From: Candidatus Poseidoniaceae archaeon
GTDB taxonomy: Archaea > Thermoplasmatota > Poseidoniia > Poseidoniales > Poseidoniaceae
Length of the DNA: 64,000 nucleotides
Assembly: GCA_965662895.1 (NCBI GenBank)
Contig: CBFIJH010000001.1
Span: 64,001 to 128,000, forward strand
Reading direction: 5' to 3'
The notes below the pieces were generated by a model, which made no database searches, was not told the origin of the DNA, and saw only the letters and a list, made by a program, of their open reading frames with translations. This document shows positions 38,108-47,582 of the stretch, one piece after another (within the stretch, counting starts at the first letter, position 1; each line of letters starts with the position of its first letter). Position numbers and translations under genes: made by a program.

Positions 38108-38135
38108 GCGTCGTATAATGGTAGTTATACGTCAT
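38108..38135. other. Candidate dif-like (Xer-type) recombination site
   Basis: GCGTCGTATAA-TGGTAG-TTATACGTCAT: 11-6-11 layout, ATAA-N6-TTAT core, 7-bp perfect inner arms, intergenic. Confidence 0.5.
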
Positions 38136-38328
38136 TCTTCTGACTAACCCACATTGAAGAGCGTCTTCATTTTCCCATGAGTAGTGTGCAGTACGCTGTT
38201 TACACATATTTCAAGTTGATGAATTTTCAAAAATTCCTTTTTTGATGGTGCAAAGTAGGGGGTAAAAGGCGGATAATTGGCATTTCTTTGCCAAAGAGTT
38301 CATACAGTTCCTTCTATGGTTTGATTCC

Positions 38329-38481
38329 ATGACATCGATTGAGGGTTTTTGTCTGAAATGCAAAACATATGGACCAATCAAAAATGGGAAGGAAGTCAAA
38401 ATGGCAAATGGTCGAACACGATTTGCTGGTATGTGTTCACAGGATGGATGTACTGGAAAAATTTCCAAAATCATTTCCTAA
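38329..38481 (+). CDS. Small Zn-ribbon protein (DUF5679-like)
   Basis: Hand translation: MTSIEGFCLKCKTYGPIKNGKEVKMANGRTRFAGMCSQDGCTGKISKIIS*. Absent from the ORF track. Confidence 0.8.
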   Translation: MTSIEGFCLKCKTYGPIKNGKEVKMANGRTRFAGMCSQDGCTGKISKIIS

Positions 38482-38539
38482 ACCAAATCCATTCCTACCG
38501 ATGTGAATAAATACGCGTCTATGGTGGAACAACTACCTA

Positions 38540-38615
38540 GGGCTCGTGGTCTAGGGGTTATGACGTTGCCTTGACATGGCAAAGATCGAGAGTTCGATTC
38601 TCTCCGAGCCCACCA
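38540..38615 (+). tRNA. tRNA-Val(GAC), CCA encoded, no intron
   Basis: Acceptor GGGCTCG/CGAGCCC; anticodon arm TTGCC-TTGACAT-GGCAA; T arm GAGAG-TTCGATT-CTCTC; ends ACCA. Confidence 0.97.
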
Positions 38616-38675
38616 GTGATATTCCATCATATATTCTAAGTAAATCGTTTCTACTAATCATTTAATGAATAATAT

Positions 38676-39029
38676 TTATTCACTAATCACTTCGACATCT
38701 TCAGGCTTGTATCTGGTTTCCACGTTCACTGGCTCATCATCATCAAGATCTGAAAAATCAGTATTCCCTCCTTGCCATGATTGAATTTCATTTGTTTCAT
38801 CAAACGATTCCGAGACCAACTTTGCAGATGATGATAATGAATAAGCTGATGGATCGATTTCTCTTTCCTGTACGCGTTCTGAAGGAGTAGGGGCTTTTCT
38901 TTCTTCCATTGGCAGGGTGGAATGGAATAATCCACATTCAGGGCATTTGAACGTTCCTTTTGTTTCGATTGTACCGCATGATGGGCAACGAACCGTTGAA
39001 AGTAGAGTGAAAAGAGGGTCGTTCGACAA
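38676..39029 (-). CDS. Zn-ribbon acidic protein
   Basis: CPSC...CPEC; TTG start 2 bp after the upstream stop. Confidence 0.65.
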   Translation of the reverse strand: MSNDPLFTLLSTVRCPSCGTIETKGTFKCPECGLFHSTLPMEERKAPTPSERVQEREIDPSAYSLSSSAKLVSESFDETNEIQSWQGGNTDFSDLDDDEPVNVETRYKPEDVEVISE

Positions 39030-39031
39030 AG

Positions 39032-41065
39032 TTAGTCCTCTGGAATGAACATTTCATCTTGATAGCCGACAATTTCATCGCCAGTTTCGTCTTCTTCAAT
39101 AACGACAGTTCCTTCTTCATCGTCGAATTCAATAATTGTGCCATAGTAATCTTCTCCATCAATTTCTAGGCCGACGTAGGATCCAACGTCGAATTCATCA
39201 CCCTCGTCCTCTTCATTTTCATCAATGACCTCGTCACCATCTTCAACCAAATCTTCCTCAATTTCATTGGCCTCGTCAACTTCGTTTTCATCGTTTGGTT
39301 CTGCGTTCTCTTCGATAGCTTCCTTTACTTCTTCTCGGTCTTCGTTGATGTCTTTCATCGCCTTGACTCGTGCTCTCCATCCTGGTGCAAGGATAAGGTG
39401 TGTGTAGAGGCTCCATATCAGTCCCGCTCCAGCGAGTGTCATAAGGACAACAGCATCCCAATAGAATGCACCTGGCATCGAAGATGCCTTTCCTGCTAAT
39501 GGCGTGAGTGAATTTTTACACTTGCCCTCTTGTATAGCAGGATCGCATGGATAAACATCGCCTTCGCTGACAATTTGGCCATCATCTGTTTGCCATTCTG
39601 TGAACTGCGATTCCTGATCGGAACGAATATCCAGTTCAACCAACCCTCCAGTCCCATCAATAAAGGGGAACAGTCCGTTGACTAGCAGTCCAACAATCAG
39701 TATTGCAAACGATGCATGAATCAACGGCCAGAACACATCATGCCACTTCTTTGACATCGCTCGGCTTTGCCATGGACTCGGGAATGTTTTGACCGTCTCT
39801 GCTTCTTCATCTTCGATTGAAACAATTCCATCCTCATGGCGTTCAATTGCGTCGACAAACTCAATCATATCGATGTTGCCATCTCCATCAGCATCCATTG
39901 AGTCCATCAAAACGTCAGCTTCGTCTTCTGTAAGACCTTCAGGAAGCATATCGTTTAATTTTTCAATGACCTCTACTTTTGTTAGCATGCGATTACCATC
40001 ATCATCAAGGTCTCCAAATGCTTTTGCTAGAGATTTGCCTTGTTCATCGATGATGTCGAGGAGTAGATCCATAATTTCAGGAGCACTTCGTGATGCAACA
40101 GTTTGTGTTTCGAACTCCTCGAGTGTTTCATCTTGTCCTACATCCGCCGATTCTTCGATTAGTTCCTCGTCGTCGTCAAGCGATTCATCGAGTTCCTCGT
40201 CGTGAATCTCATCACGCTTGTCTTCATGTTCTAACTCAACAATATCCTCTGTAAATTCCTGTTCGTCTTCGGTTTCAGGACTGTTATCGTCTTCTGTGTC
40301 AACAACGGATTCTTCGGTTGTTGTATCTTCAGATTCTTCCTCAATTTCCTCTTGAGATTGTTCTGGATCTTGAAGTTCCTGTTCATCGAATTCCTCTTGA
40401 GTATTCCATGAATCTGCGGCCGCTTGAAGTTCTTCTTTCTTGAGATACGCGTTACCATCTGCATTGTAATCCTGGGCGAAAGCAATAAACGACTCTCTTT
40501 CCGATGCTTCAATGTTGTTGGAATCCATGACCTGTGTCAAAACATTTTCATTGAATCCTAGACGTTCATCCTCTTGGTTTGAGTTCTCTTCCTCATGGGT
40601 CGCTTCTTCTATTGAATCCCCAACAATGATGCTCTGAAGTTCTTTCAAATCAATCAGGCTATCACCATCTTCGTCGATGGCTTCAACGAGCCGATCAACT
40701 TGGGAAGGAGGTAAGTCTGCTAAATTGAGGGAAAGGAGTCCTTCCCGTAATTCACTTGAATCAATCATATTGTCATTGTTGGTATCAAATCGTCCAAACA
40801 ATGTTTTCACATCCATTTTGTTGTTCGCCATCCAAGTTCGAAGGATATCGACAACATCATCTGCAACGAAAACTACACCACACTCCGGGCACTTTGTTGA
40901 ATCAAGTGGGACAAGCGCATTGCATGCTCCACATTCGCCCAATGCTTCATCTGATACCCCAGAAAAAGAGATGCCACACTCCGGGCATTCGCTTGAATCC
41001 ACAGGTACAATCGCTCGACACGACCCACATTCTGCCATAGCAACTTCTTCATTTTCTTCAGCCAT
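39032..41065 (-). CDS. Membrane protein with double Zn-ribbon, multiple EF-hands and a C-terminal SH3/Tudor-like barrel
   Basis: Four CxxC; loops DTNNDNMIDSSE, DEDGDSLIDLKE, NADGNAYLKKEE, DDDGNRMLTKVE, DADGDGNIDMIE; two TM helices. Confidence 0.8.
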   Translation of the reverse strand: MAEENEEVAMAECGSCRAIVPVDSSECPECGISFSGVSDEALGECGACNALVPLDSTKCPECGVVFVADDVVDILRTWMANNKMDVKTLFGRFDTNNDNMIDSSELREGLLSLNLADLPPSQVDRLVEAIDEDGDSLIDLKELQSIIVGDSIEEATHEEENSNQEDERLGFNENVLTQVMDSNNIEASERESFIAFAQDYNADGNAYLKKEELQAAADSWNTQEEFDEQELQDPEQSQEEIEEESEDTTTEESVVDTEDDNSPETEDEQEFTEDIVELEHEDKRDEIHDEELDESLDDDEELIEESADVGQDETLEEFETQTVASRSAPEIMDLLLDIIDEQGKSLAKAFGDLDDDGNRMLTKVEVIEKLNDMLPEGLTEDEADVLMDSMDADGDGNIDMIEFVDAIERHEDGIVSIEDEEAETVKTFPSPWQSRAMSKKWHDVFWPLIHASFAILIVGLLVNGLFPFIDGTGGLVELDIRSDQESQFTEWQTDDGQIVSEGDVYPCDPAIQEGKCKNSLTPLAGKASSMPGAFYWDAVVLMTLAGAGLIWSLYTHLILAPGWRARVKAMKDINEDREEVKEAIEENAEPNDENEVDEANEIEEDLVEDGDEVIDENEEDEGDEFDVGSYVGLEIDGEDYYGTIIEFDDEEGTVVIEEDETGDEIVGYQDEMFIPED

Positions 41066-41174
41066 GATTTGTCACTAACCTAAACCAAGACACGAGCGGA
41101 TATAATGATTGATGGTCATTTGGACGATAGAACCTATTTATCTCCAAGAATGAGGCGTATCTGGAGGGAGTGCG

Positions 41175-42029
41175 ATGTCTGGTCAAATGAGTTCGGTCAT
41201 ATCCACATCGACGGAGTTTTTTATTGAAAGAATCGATCGTCTGGATGTTCATCCAAATCATCGACAAATATTCATATCCAGATATCCGCAAACCCGGCTC
41301 ATAGAGCATGTCGATATCTCACAGATCGAATGCCATTGGTTGTCGTCGCTTGAAGGGAAAGGTTCAATCCCGCCCAGTTTAGAAAAAATCAATCATTTTA
41401 TTGAATCAAGCATTCAATCGGGTTATGGAACCATATTTTTGGAAGGGATCGAGTGGTTGCTTTCCCTCCATGGGTTTGATGCTGTTTATTCAATGATACG
41501 TGTGCTATCCGAGAGAGTGTCAACAAGCAATTGGAACATATTTGTCTCAATTTCAGAAAGCAGCCTTGCACCGCGTGAGTTGTCGAGATTTTACCGTGAG
41601 GCTCCATTGTATGAGTTTTCTGAAGTGCAACAAGTAGTATCAGCCGATACAATTGGTCAAGCAAAATCCTCTACAATTGAAGTTGAGCATATTGAGATCG
41701 ATCTGAACGATGATGGAACGCCGAAATTGATGTTACTTACACGTTTGCCACGAGAGGGGTTCACAAAACAACTCCTACAACGTCGTATTTTACAGTGGAG
41801 AAGAATGGGTCTTGATACATCAGATGTCGAAGCAACATTGTACCAAGACGATATGGAAGAAACCTACAATTGTTATCGAATCATCGAAGAAAAGGTTCGT
41901 AGAGCAACGGAGCTTGAACGTTTCATCAATGAGAACGTCGACGATAGTCATGAACGTACAATCGCAATGTTCCGCATACGCCAATTAACAGGACTCGATG
42001 AGTTGGAATCTAAATACTATTCAAATTGA
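41175..42029 (+). CDS. DUF835-family (inactivated KaiC-like) protein with C-terminal helical domain
   Basis: ISRYP, WLSS, IPPSLEKI, IFLEGIEWLLSLHGFD. Confidence 0.75.
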   Translation: MSGQMSSVISTSTEFFIERIDRLDVHPNHRQIFISRYPQTRLIEHVDISQIECHWLSSLEGKGSIPPSLEKINHFIESSIQSGYGTIFLEGIEWLLSLHGFDAVYSMIRVLSERVSTSNWNIFVSISESSLAPRELSRFYREAPLYEFSEVQQVVSADTIGQAKSSTIEVEHIEIDLNDDGTPKLMLLTRLPREGFTKQLLQRRILQWRRMGLDTSDVEATLYQDDMEETYNCYRIIEEKVRRATELERFINENVDDSHERTIAMFRIRQLTGLDELESKYYSN

Positions 42030-43580
42030 CTTCTTAATCGGAGCGTTCAATGATGATTGAACGATTGACAACCACTTGCTGTGTGTGAGTTCTCGCGCAA
42101 TGGAAATAATTTCGACGCTTGTACTTCGATCTTCAAAAGCATCCTCAATCGAATTATCCAAACATCGGATCATTGCCTGTACGCATGTTGAAGATGATTT
42201 ATCGATAATTTTTAGTGCTCGATGAGCGACAAATGCTTCACAGGCGAGAACTTCAGAGCAACGTTCAATCGCCTGAAGCAAATTCCAACTTGCTGTTGCA
42301 CCCATGCTCACATGATCTTCTTGGCCAGCAGATGTTGTGGTTGAAAACGCCGTGCGTGGCGTTACGTGTCCATGCAGTTCGCCTAGTGCTGCTGCTGCTG
42401 CGTATTGAACAATCATCAAACCAGACTCTAATCCCGGATTCTTTGCGAGAAAAGGATAGAGGGCTCGCCGATTTTTGTCGAGCATTTGGTCGATACGACG
42501 TTCACTAATCGAAGCCAATTCAAACAATCCCAAACTCATCGCATCAGATACGAATCCCAGAACTTCTGCATGGAAATTTCCTTGAGATACGACTTCATGA
42601 GGACCAGGATTCACTTTATCAGGAAAAATAAGCGGGTTATCTGTAGCAGAATTTAGTTCGATTGAAACCGTATCAATCAATTTCCGAAGCGTTTCTTGAA
42701 CGGGCCCATGAACTTGTGGAATACAACGGAATGAGTACGGATCTTGAACTTGGTTGCAATCCTTGTGATCATGAAGAATCGTCGAATCAGAAAGGATTGA
42801 ACGCATTCGATTTGAAACAAAAATTTGCCCAGGATGCGGCCGTGCTTGCTGAATCCTATCGTCAAACGGCGTGAGGGTTGATTCCGTTGCATCAATCGAC
42901 ATCCCTGCAATAATATCTGAATATGTCAGAAGGTGTCGGAGTTGTTCGATGGCAATGGAGAGCATACCAGTGATAAGACTCGTTCCATTGATTAACGACA
43001 AACCGTCTTTAGCTCGAAGCGTAAGCGGCACCAACTCGCATCGCCGAATGGCTTCCATAGCATCGATTTCCTCCCCATTTAATTCGACTTTCCCTTCTCC
43101 AATGAGAGCGCACGCCAAATGCGACAACGGTGCTAAATCTCCACTTGCGCCCAAACTACCGATTCGAGGTACGATTGGATGAATGGAATTGTTGAGAAAA
43201 GCAACGAGTTGGTGTACGACGTCAGAGTGGCAACCAGAATGTCCTTTAATCAATGAATTGATGCGTACGCACATCATGGCTCTCACAAGTTCAGTTGGTA
43301 ATTCTGGGCCCAGCCCTGTTGCATGCGATCGAATGAGATTCAACTGAAGTTGTTCGACTTCGTGTTGTTGGATTCGGGTGTGAACAAGTGAGCCAAAACC
43401 AGTACTGATCCCGTACACGGTTTCATCACCGTCAACAATGCGTTCTACGACTTGACGCGCATCCTGAACCTTCATCATGGCCTCAGGGGCGATTTCTACT
43501 TCAGCTCTATTGTGAGCAATATCGAAAACATCGAGAGTGTTTAGTGTCATACCATCCAAGGTCACGGTTCGCTTAGTCAT
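42021..43580 (-). CDS. hutH: Histidine ammonia-lyase
   Basis: YGISTGFG, LIRSHA, MIO motif GSLGASGDLAPL, LINGT, QDPYSFRC, DNP, GNFH, QEDHVSM. Confidence 0.96.
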   Translation of the reverse strand: MTKRTVTLDGMTLNTLDVFDIAHNRAEVEIAPEAMMKVQDARQVVERIVDGDETVYGISTGFGSLVHTRIQQHEVEQLQLNLIRSHATGLGPELPTELVRAMMCVRINSLIKGHSGCHSDVVHQLVAFLNNSIHPIVPRIGSLGASGDLAPLSHLACALIGEGKVELNGEEIDAMEAIRRCELVPLTLRAKDGLSLINGTSLITGMLSIAIEQLRHLLTYSDIIAGMSIDATESTLTPFDDRIQQARPHPGQIFVSNRMRSILSDSTILHDHKDCNQVQDPYSFRCIPQVHGPVQETLRKLIDTVSIELNSATDNPLIFPDKVNPGPHEVVSQGNFHAEVLGFVSDAMSLGLFELASISERRIDQMLDKNRRALYPFLAKNPGLESGLMIVQYAAAAALGELHGHVTPRTAFSTTTSAGQEDHVSMGATASWNLLQAIERCSEVLACEAFVAHRALKIIDKSSSTCVQAMIRCLDNSIEDAFEDRSTSVEIISIARELTHSKWLSIVQSSLNAPIKKSI

Positions 43581-45591
43581 TCGATTCACCATCCAACAAC
43601 GTGTCCAAGACCTGAGAGTCAACGATATTTGGGAGTGTTATGGTCAAATCTGGATTCAAATCCATTGCTCGCTTGATTGATGTTACAGCTCCACTGTTTC
43701 GAGCCCATGCTCGGCGTGCTACGCCATTGGTCACGTCCCAATGGAGCATTGACACAAGACGTCGTTCAGCATCTTGACTACCATCGATGACCAAACCGAA
43801 TCCTCCGTTGGAAACTTCTCCCCAACCAACCCCGCCCCCGTTATGGAGACTTACCCATGTCGCACCACGCATGGCATCACCAACGAAATTTTGCACAGAC
43901 ATATCTGCAGTCCACTTCGAACCGTCGCGAATATTTGCAGTCTCACGATAAGGAGAATCGGTGCCACTTACGTCATGATGATCGCGTCCCAAAATAATCG
44001 GTGCAGATATTCTCCCATCTGCAATTGCTTGATTCAAAGCTGTTGCAATTCTTGTCCGACCTTGTTCATCAGCATAGAGTATACGAGCTTTTGAACCCAC
44101 TACCAAATTGTGATCATTCGCATTACGAATCCATTCCAAATTATCCGAAATCTGTTGACGAATATCTGGGTCTTTTTCTTGTTCAAACATCTCGTAAAGT
44201 ACTCGTTCAGCAATCTTGTCGGACTCGACAAGGTCAGCATCAAGTCCGGATGAGCACACCCAACGGAATGGCCCGAAACCTCGATCGAAGCATAAAGGAC
44301 CCATGATATCTTCAACATACGAAGGGTACTTGTAGGAACCATCGTGCTTGAAAATATCAGCCTCAGCTCGACCAGCCTCGAGGAGGAATGCGTTGCCGTA
44401 ATCCCAAAAGAACATACCTTTCGAGGAGAGAATATTGATTGCGGCGACGTGCCTTTTTAGAGAAGATTGGACTCGTTTCTTAAATTCGGCTGGTTCCTCG
44501 TGCATCAAGGATTGCGCATCCTCAAAGGATAAGTCTGCAGGAAAGTATCCTCCCTGAAATGGATTGTGGAGTGAAGTTTGATCGCTACCGAGATGGATGA
44601 AAATATCTCGTTCAACAACTCGTTCCCATAAATCGACAATATTCCCTACAAAACCAATTGAAGTCCCCATCTTTTGCTCCGATGCGGTCATCATTGCATC
44701 AATCGCTTCATCCACATCGTAGGATAACTGTTCGACCCAACCCTGTCCGTATCGCTTTTCAGCAGCAATAGGGTTGGATTCTGCCACAATGCAGGCTGCA
44801 CCAGCAATCACTGCTGCTTTTGCTTGCGCACCCGACATTCCACCAAGTCCCGATGTAATGAATCGCATTCCACCCAAGTTCCCTTCAGCAGGTATGCCGA
44901 ATTTCATTCGAGCAGCGTTCATTAACGTGATTGTGGTTCCATGTACAATACCTTGAGGACCAATGTACATGTACGACCCTGCCGTCATCTGACCGTATTG
45001 TGTGACGCCCATTGCATTGAGTCGCTCGTATTCATCCGGTGTCGAATAATTTGGAATCATCATCCCGTTTGTAACGACAACTCTTGGAGCCGATGGGTTT
45101 GATGGGAATAGGCCAAGTGGGTGCCCTGAGTACATAACCAAAGTTTGCTCATCGTTCATCTCAGAGAGATACTTCATGACCAAACGGTATTGCGCCCAAT
45201 TTTGGAAGACAGCGCCGTTTCCTCCATACGTGATTAATTCGTTTGGAAATTGTGCGACTTTTGGATCGAGATTGTTGTCGATCATCAACATGATTCCTGC
45301 AGCTTGTTGAGATTTTGCAGCATATTCATCGATTGGACGTGCATATATTTCGCCGTGGGGGCGGTATCTGTACATATAGATTCGACCGTATGTCCGTAGT
45401 TCGTTGAGAAACTCCTTGCTTAGTTCTTCATGATGCTGCGGCTCAAAATACCTCAATGCGTTTTGGAGTGCCAACCGTTCATCCCTCCGAGAAAGAATTT
45501 GTTTTCGTACTGGTGCATGATCGACACCGTTGAGCAGGCCCGGGTGTTTCGGAGGGATTTCAGGTATGCCAATGCTTTCGTTTTTATCCAT
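43573..45591 (-). CDS. hutU: Urocanate hydratase (long, ~670-aa type)
   Basis: NNLDPKVAQ, YGQMTAGS, GPQGIVHGT, GLGGMSGAQ, SDQTSLH, GPFRW, GRDHHD, HNGGGVG. Confidence 0.96.
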   Translation of the reverse strand: MDKNESIGIPEIPPKHPGLLNGVDHAPVRKQILSRRDERLALQNALRYFEPQHHEELSKEFLNELRTYGRIYMYRYRPHGEIYARPIDEYAAKSQQAAGIMLMIDNNLDPKVAQFPNELITYGGNGAVFQNWAQYRLVMKYLSEMNDEQTLVMYSGHPLGLFPSNPSAPRVVVTNGMMIPNYSTPDEYERLNAMGVTQYGQMTAGSYMYIGPQGIVHGTTITLMNAARMKFGIPAEGNLGGMRFITSGLGGMSGAQAKAAVIAGAACIVAESNPIAAEKRYGQGWVEQLSYDVDEAIDAMMTASEQKMGTSIGFVGNIVDLWERVVERDIFIHLGSDQTSLHNPFQGGYFPADLSFEDAQSLMHEEPAEFKKRVQSSLKRHVAAINILSSKGMFFWDYGNAFLLEAGRAEADIFKHDGSYKYPSYVEDIMGPLCFDRGFGPFRWVCSSGLDADLVESDKIAERVLYEMFEQEKDPDIRQQISDNLEWIRNANDHNLVVGSKARILYADEQGRTRIATALNQAIADGRISAPIILGRDHHDVSGTDSPYRETANIRDGSKWTADMSVQNFVGDAMRGATWVSLHNGGGVGWGEVSNGGFGLVIDGSQDAERRLVSMLHWDVTNGVARRAWARNSGAVTSIKRAMDLNPDLTITLPNIVDSQVLDTLLDGESND

Positions 45592-45695
45592 ACATCTTGC
45601 CCCCCGTTATCTCTTCGAGTCAGCCGAAGGACTTGAGTATTATTCATCACACCATGAGGCGACGGGTTGAAGAACACAAAGCATCTCATAAGAAC

Positions 45696-47582
45696 ATGAC
45701 CAGCGAAGAGCCGCTCGACGCTGTTGTTCTCGATGTTGAAAAAGATGCGACAAATTCATTCAATGCTGTCCTCGGTGCGACGATAGCAGTTTGCATTGTG
45801 TTTTTGTTTATCTCGGCAAATTTTGGCGATTCAATGTCGACAATTGCCTCCAGTGATGATACTGAACAATCATACGTCCCAGTTTGGGAGCGATACACCC
45901 AAGATTATGAAACTGATGCTGACAATGGTAGCGTGCTTAACCGTGGTCCGTACAAACTCCTTGAAACTGCAAATGAGTGGAATTCCACCCACTATTTCGT
46001 CGAATATGAAATCCCAATCGAAGAAGGGGGTGCTGCACCAAACGGTTTGATCAGTCTTGCTGTTTGGTTGCCCGATGCGGTCGAAGAAGGAATCAAAGTC
46101 CCTGTTATTGCGGAAAGCGGTCCTTATTTTCAAGAGCCTTCGGTGCAAACCGATAGTATCGAAGTTCCAGGAAGCTGGCTCGGGACGATGATTATTGACC
46201 AAATTTTACCCCATGGATACGCATTTGCTCAAATATCTGTTTCTGGTACCGGTCAATCGAATCACTGCATGGATCTTATGGGAACTGCAGAACAATTGGG
46301 CAATGATGCAGCCGTTCGCTGGCTTGGGGAACAAAATTGGAGCAATGGGAACGTTGGCTTGATTGGTAAATCCTATGATGGGTCGACGCCGTGGCAAGCA
46401 GCAATGTTCGGTAGTGAACACGATTATTTGAAGACAATTGTACCGATATCCGGCTTGATTGGTGTCAAAGAATTAATGTGGAGAAATGGTAGTTCAGAGG
46501 CTCGTGCTCCAATCATGCACAATGGCGTGTATGGTTCATATGGAATCGATGGAGATGAGGAGGATTATCAAAACCTCTGTCCAGATTATGTTATTGGTCC
46601 AGGTACAGGTGCTTCTGCATATCTTCTTGGTTCTGAGATCTTTGGTGATTATTGGGCAGAACGATACTTTCTCGATCGAGTTCTTGAGCATTACACAGGC
46701 TCAGTGTATCTGATTCAAGGAATGCATGATTGGAATGTTGACCCACACATGGCCGTTCCAACGATGAATGCGCTCATCGACGCAGGTATTGAAGCCAAAG
46801 GCTTGTTTGGCCAGTGGGACCATGATTACCCTGATCGTCCAATTCAGTTGTACGAACGAAGTGACATAGGCGGAAGAGGCGGAGAGGCATTTCCACAGAT
46901 GATTCGTTACGATTGGATGCAAGACTTGCTTGAATGGTTTGAGTACTATCTCCAAGAAAGGGGTCCAAAACCGGGCCAATGGATTGAAGTCCAGGACAAC
47001 TATGGCGAATGGAGGATTGAATTCAATCGATATCCACCAGATGATGCAAACCAATGGACTGCCAGTCTTGGCGGCGAATTATCGAATGTTGGTGGCTCCT
47101 TGACAATTCTTCCAGATGCGACAACTGGCCCAGTTTGGGAGACTGAACCATTGACAGAAACGTTGCGAGTTGCAGGAACGCCGAGATTGCACGTGGATGT
47201 CACTACCGCGAGTGTTGGTGGACAACTGTATGCTCTTTTCGAAGATTGTTACGAGGATGAATGCATTCACGTAGGACATGCAATTATGGACTTGCGATAT
47301 CATGCAGGCGGTGATGAAATTCAAACATGGATACCCGTCATAGAGACTATTAATGCCAAAATGGAATTCTTCCCTCTGGATGCAGTCATCGCAGAAGGGC
47401 ATACGATTCGTCTTTCGTTGGCCTCAACAGGTGAAGATTATCTTCCAGCAAGTACATCTTCAATCGTAACCATTCAAGAAGGTGAAAGTTCAATATTGCA
47501 ATTGGATGTCATCGATCCCAATTCTGAGGACGAACGACTGTATTTCACGCCTCCAATTTGTGATCACGAGCTTTGCTCTTAG
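45696..47582 (+). CDS. CocE/NonD (S15-like) serine hydrolase, membrane-anchored
   Basis: N-terminal TM; GTGQS, WSNGNVGLIGKSYDG, GMHDWNV, GQWDH. Confidence 0.88.
   Translation: MTSEEPLDAVVLDVEKDATNSFNAVLGATIAVCIVFLFISANFGDSMSTIASSDDTEQSYVPVWERYTQDYETDADNGSVLNRGPYKLLETANEWNSTHYFVEYEIPIEEGGAAPNGLISLAVWLPDAVEEGIKVPVIAESGPYFQEPSVQTDSIEVPGSWLGTMIIDQILPHGYAFAQISVSGTGQSNHCMDLMGTAEQLGNDAAVRWLGEQNWSNGNVGLIGKSYDGSTPWQAAMFGSEHDYLKTIVPISGLIGVKELMWRNGSSEARAPIMHNGVYGSYGIDGDEEDYQNLCPDYVIGPGTGASAYLLGSEIFGDYWAERYFLDRVLEHYTGSVYLIQGMHDWNVDPHMAVPTMNALIDAGIEAKGLFGQWDHDYPDRPIQLYERSDIGGRGGEAFPQMIRYDWMQDLLEWFEYYLQERGPKPGQWIEVQDNYGEWRIEFNRYPPDDANQWTASLGGELSNVGGSLTILPDATTGPVWETEPLTETLRVAGTPRLHVDVTTASVGGQLYALFEDCYEDECIHVGHAIMDLRYHAGGDEIQTWIPVIETINAKMEFFPLDAVIAEGHTIRLSLASTGEDYLPASTSSIVTIQEGESSILQLDVIDPNSEDERLYFTPPICDHELCS

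Noticed and set aside
38104-38143. Apparent tRNA 5' half (D-arm-like GTAT...ATAC followed by CT-TCT-GA), suggesting a split or intron-containing tRNA-Arg
   Set aside because: No complementary anticodon stem, T-arm or acceptor 3' strand was found; the hairpin is better explained as a dif-like DNA palindrome.
38540-38680. tRNA-Val as the attachment site of an integrated element
   Set aside because: No integrase and no duplicated tRNA 3' end were seen in the window.
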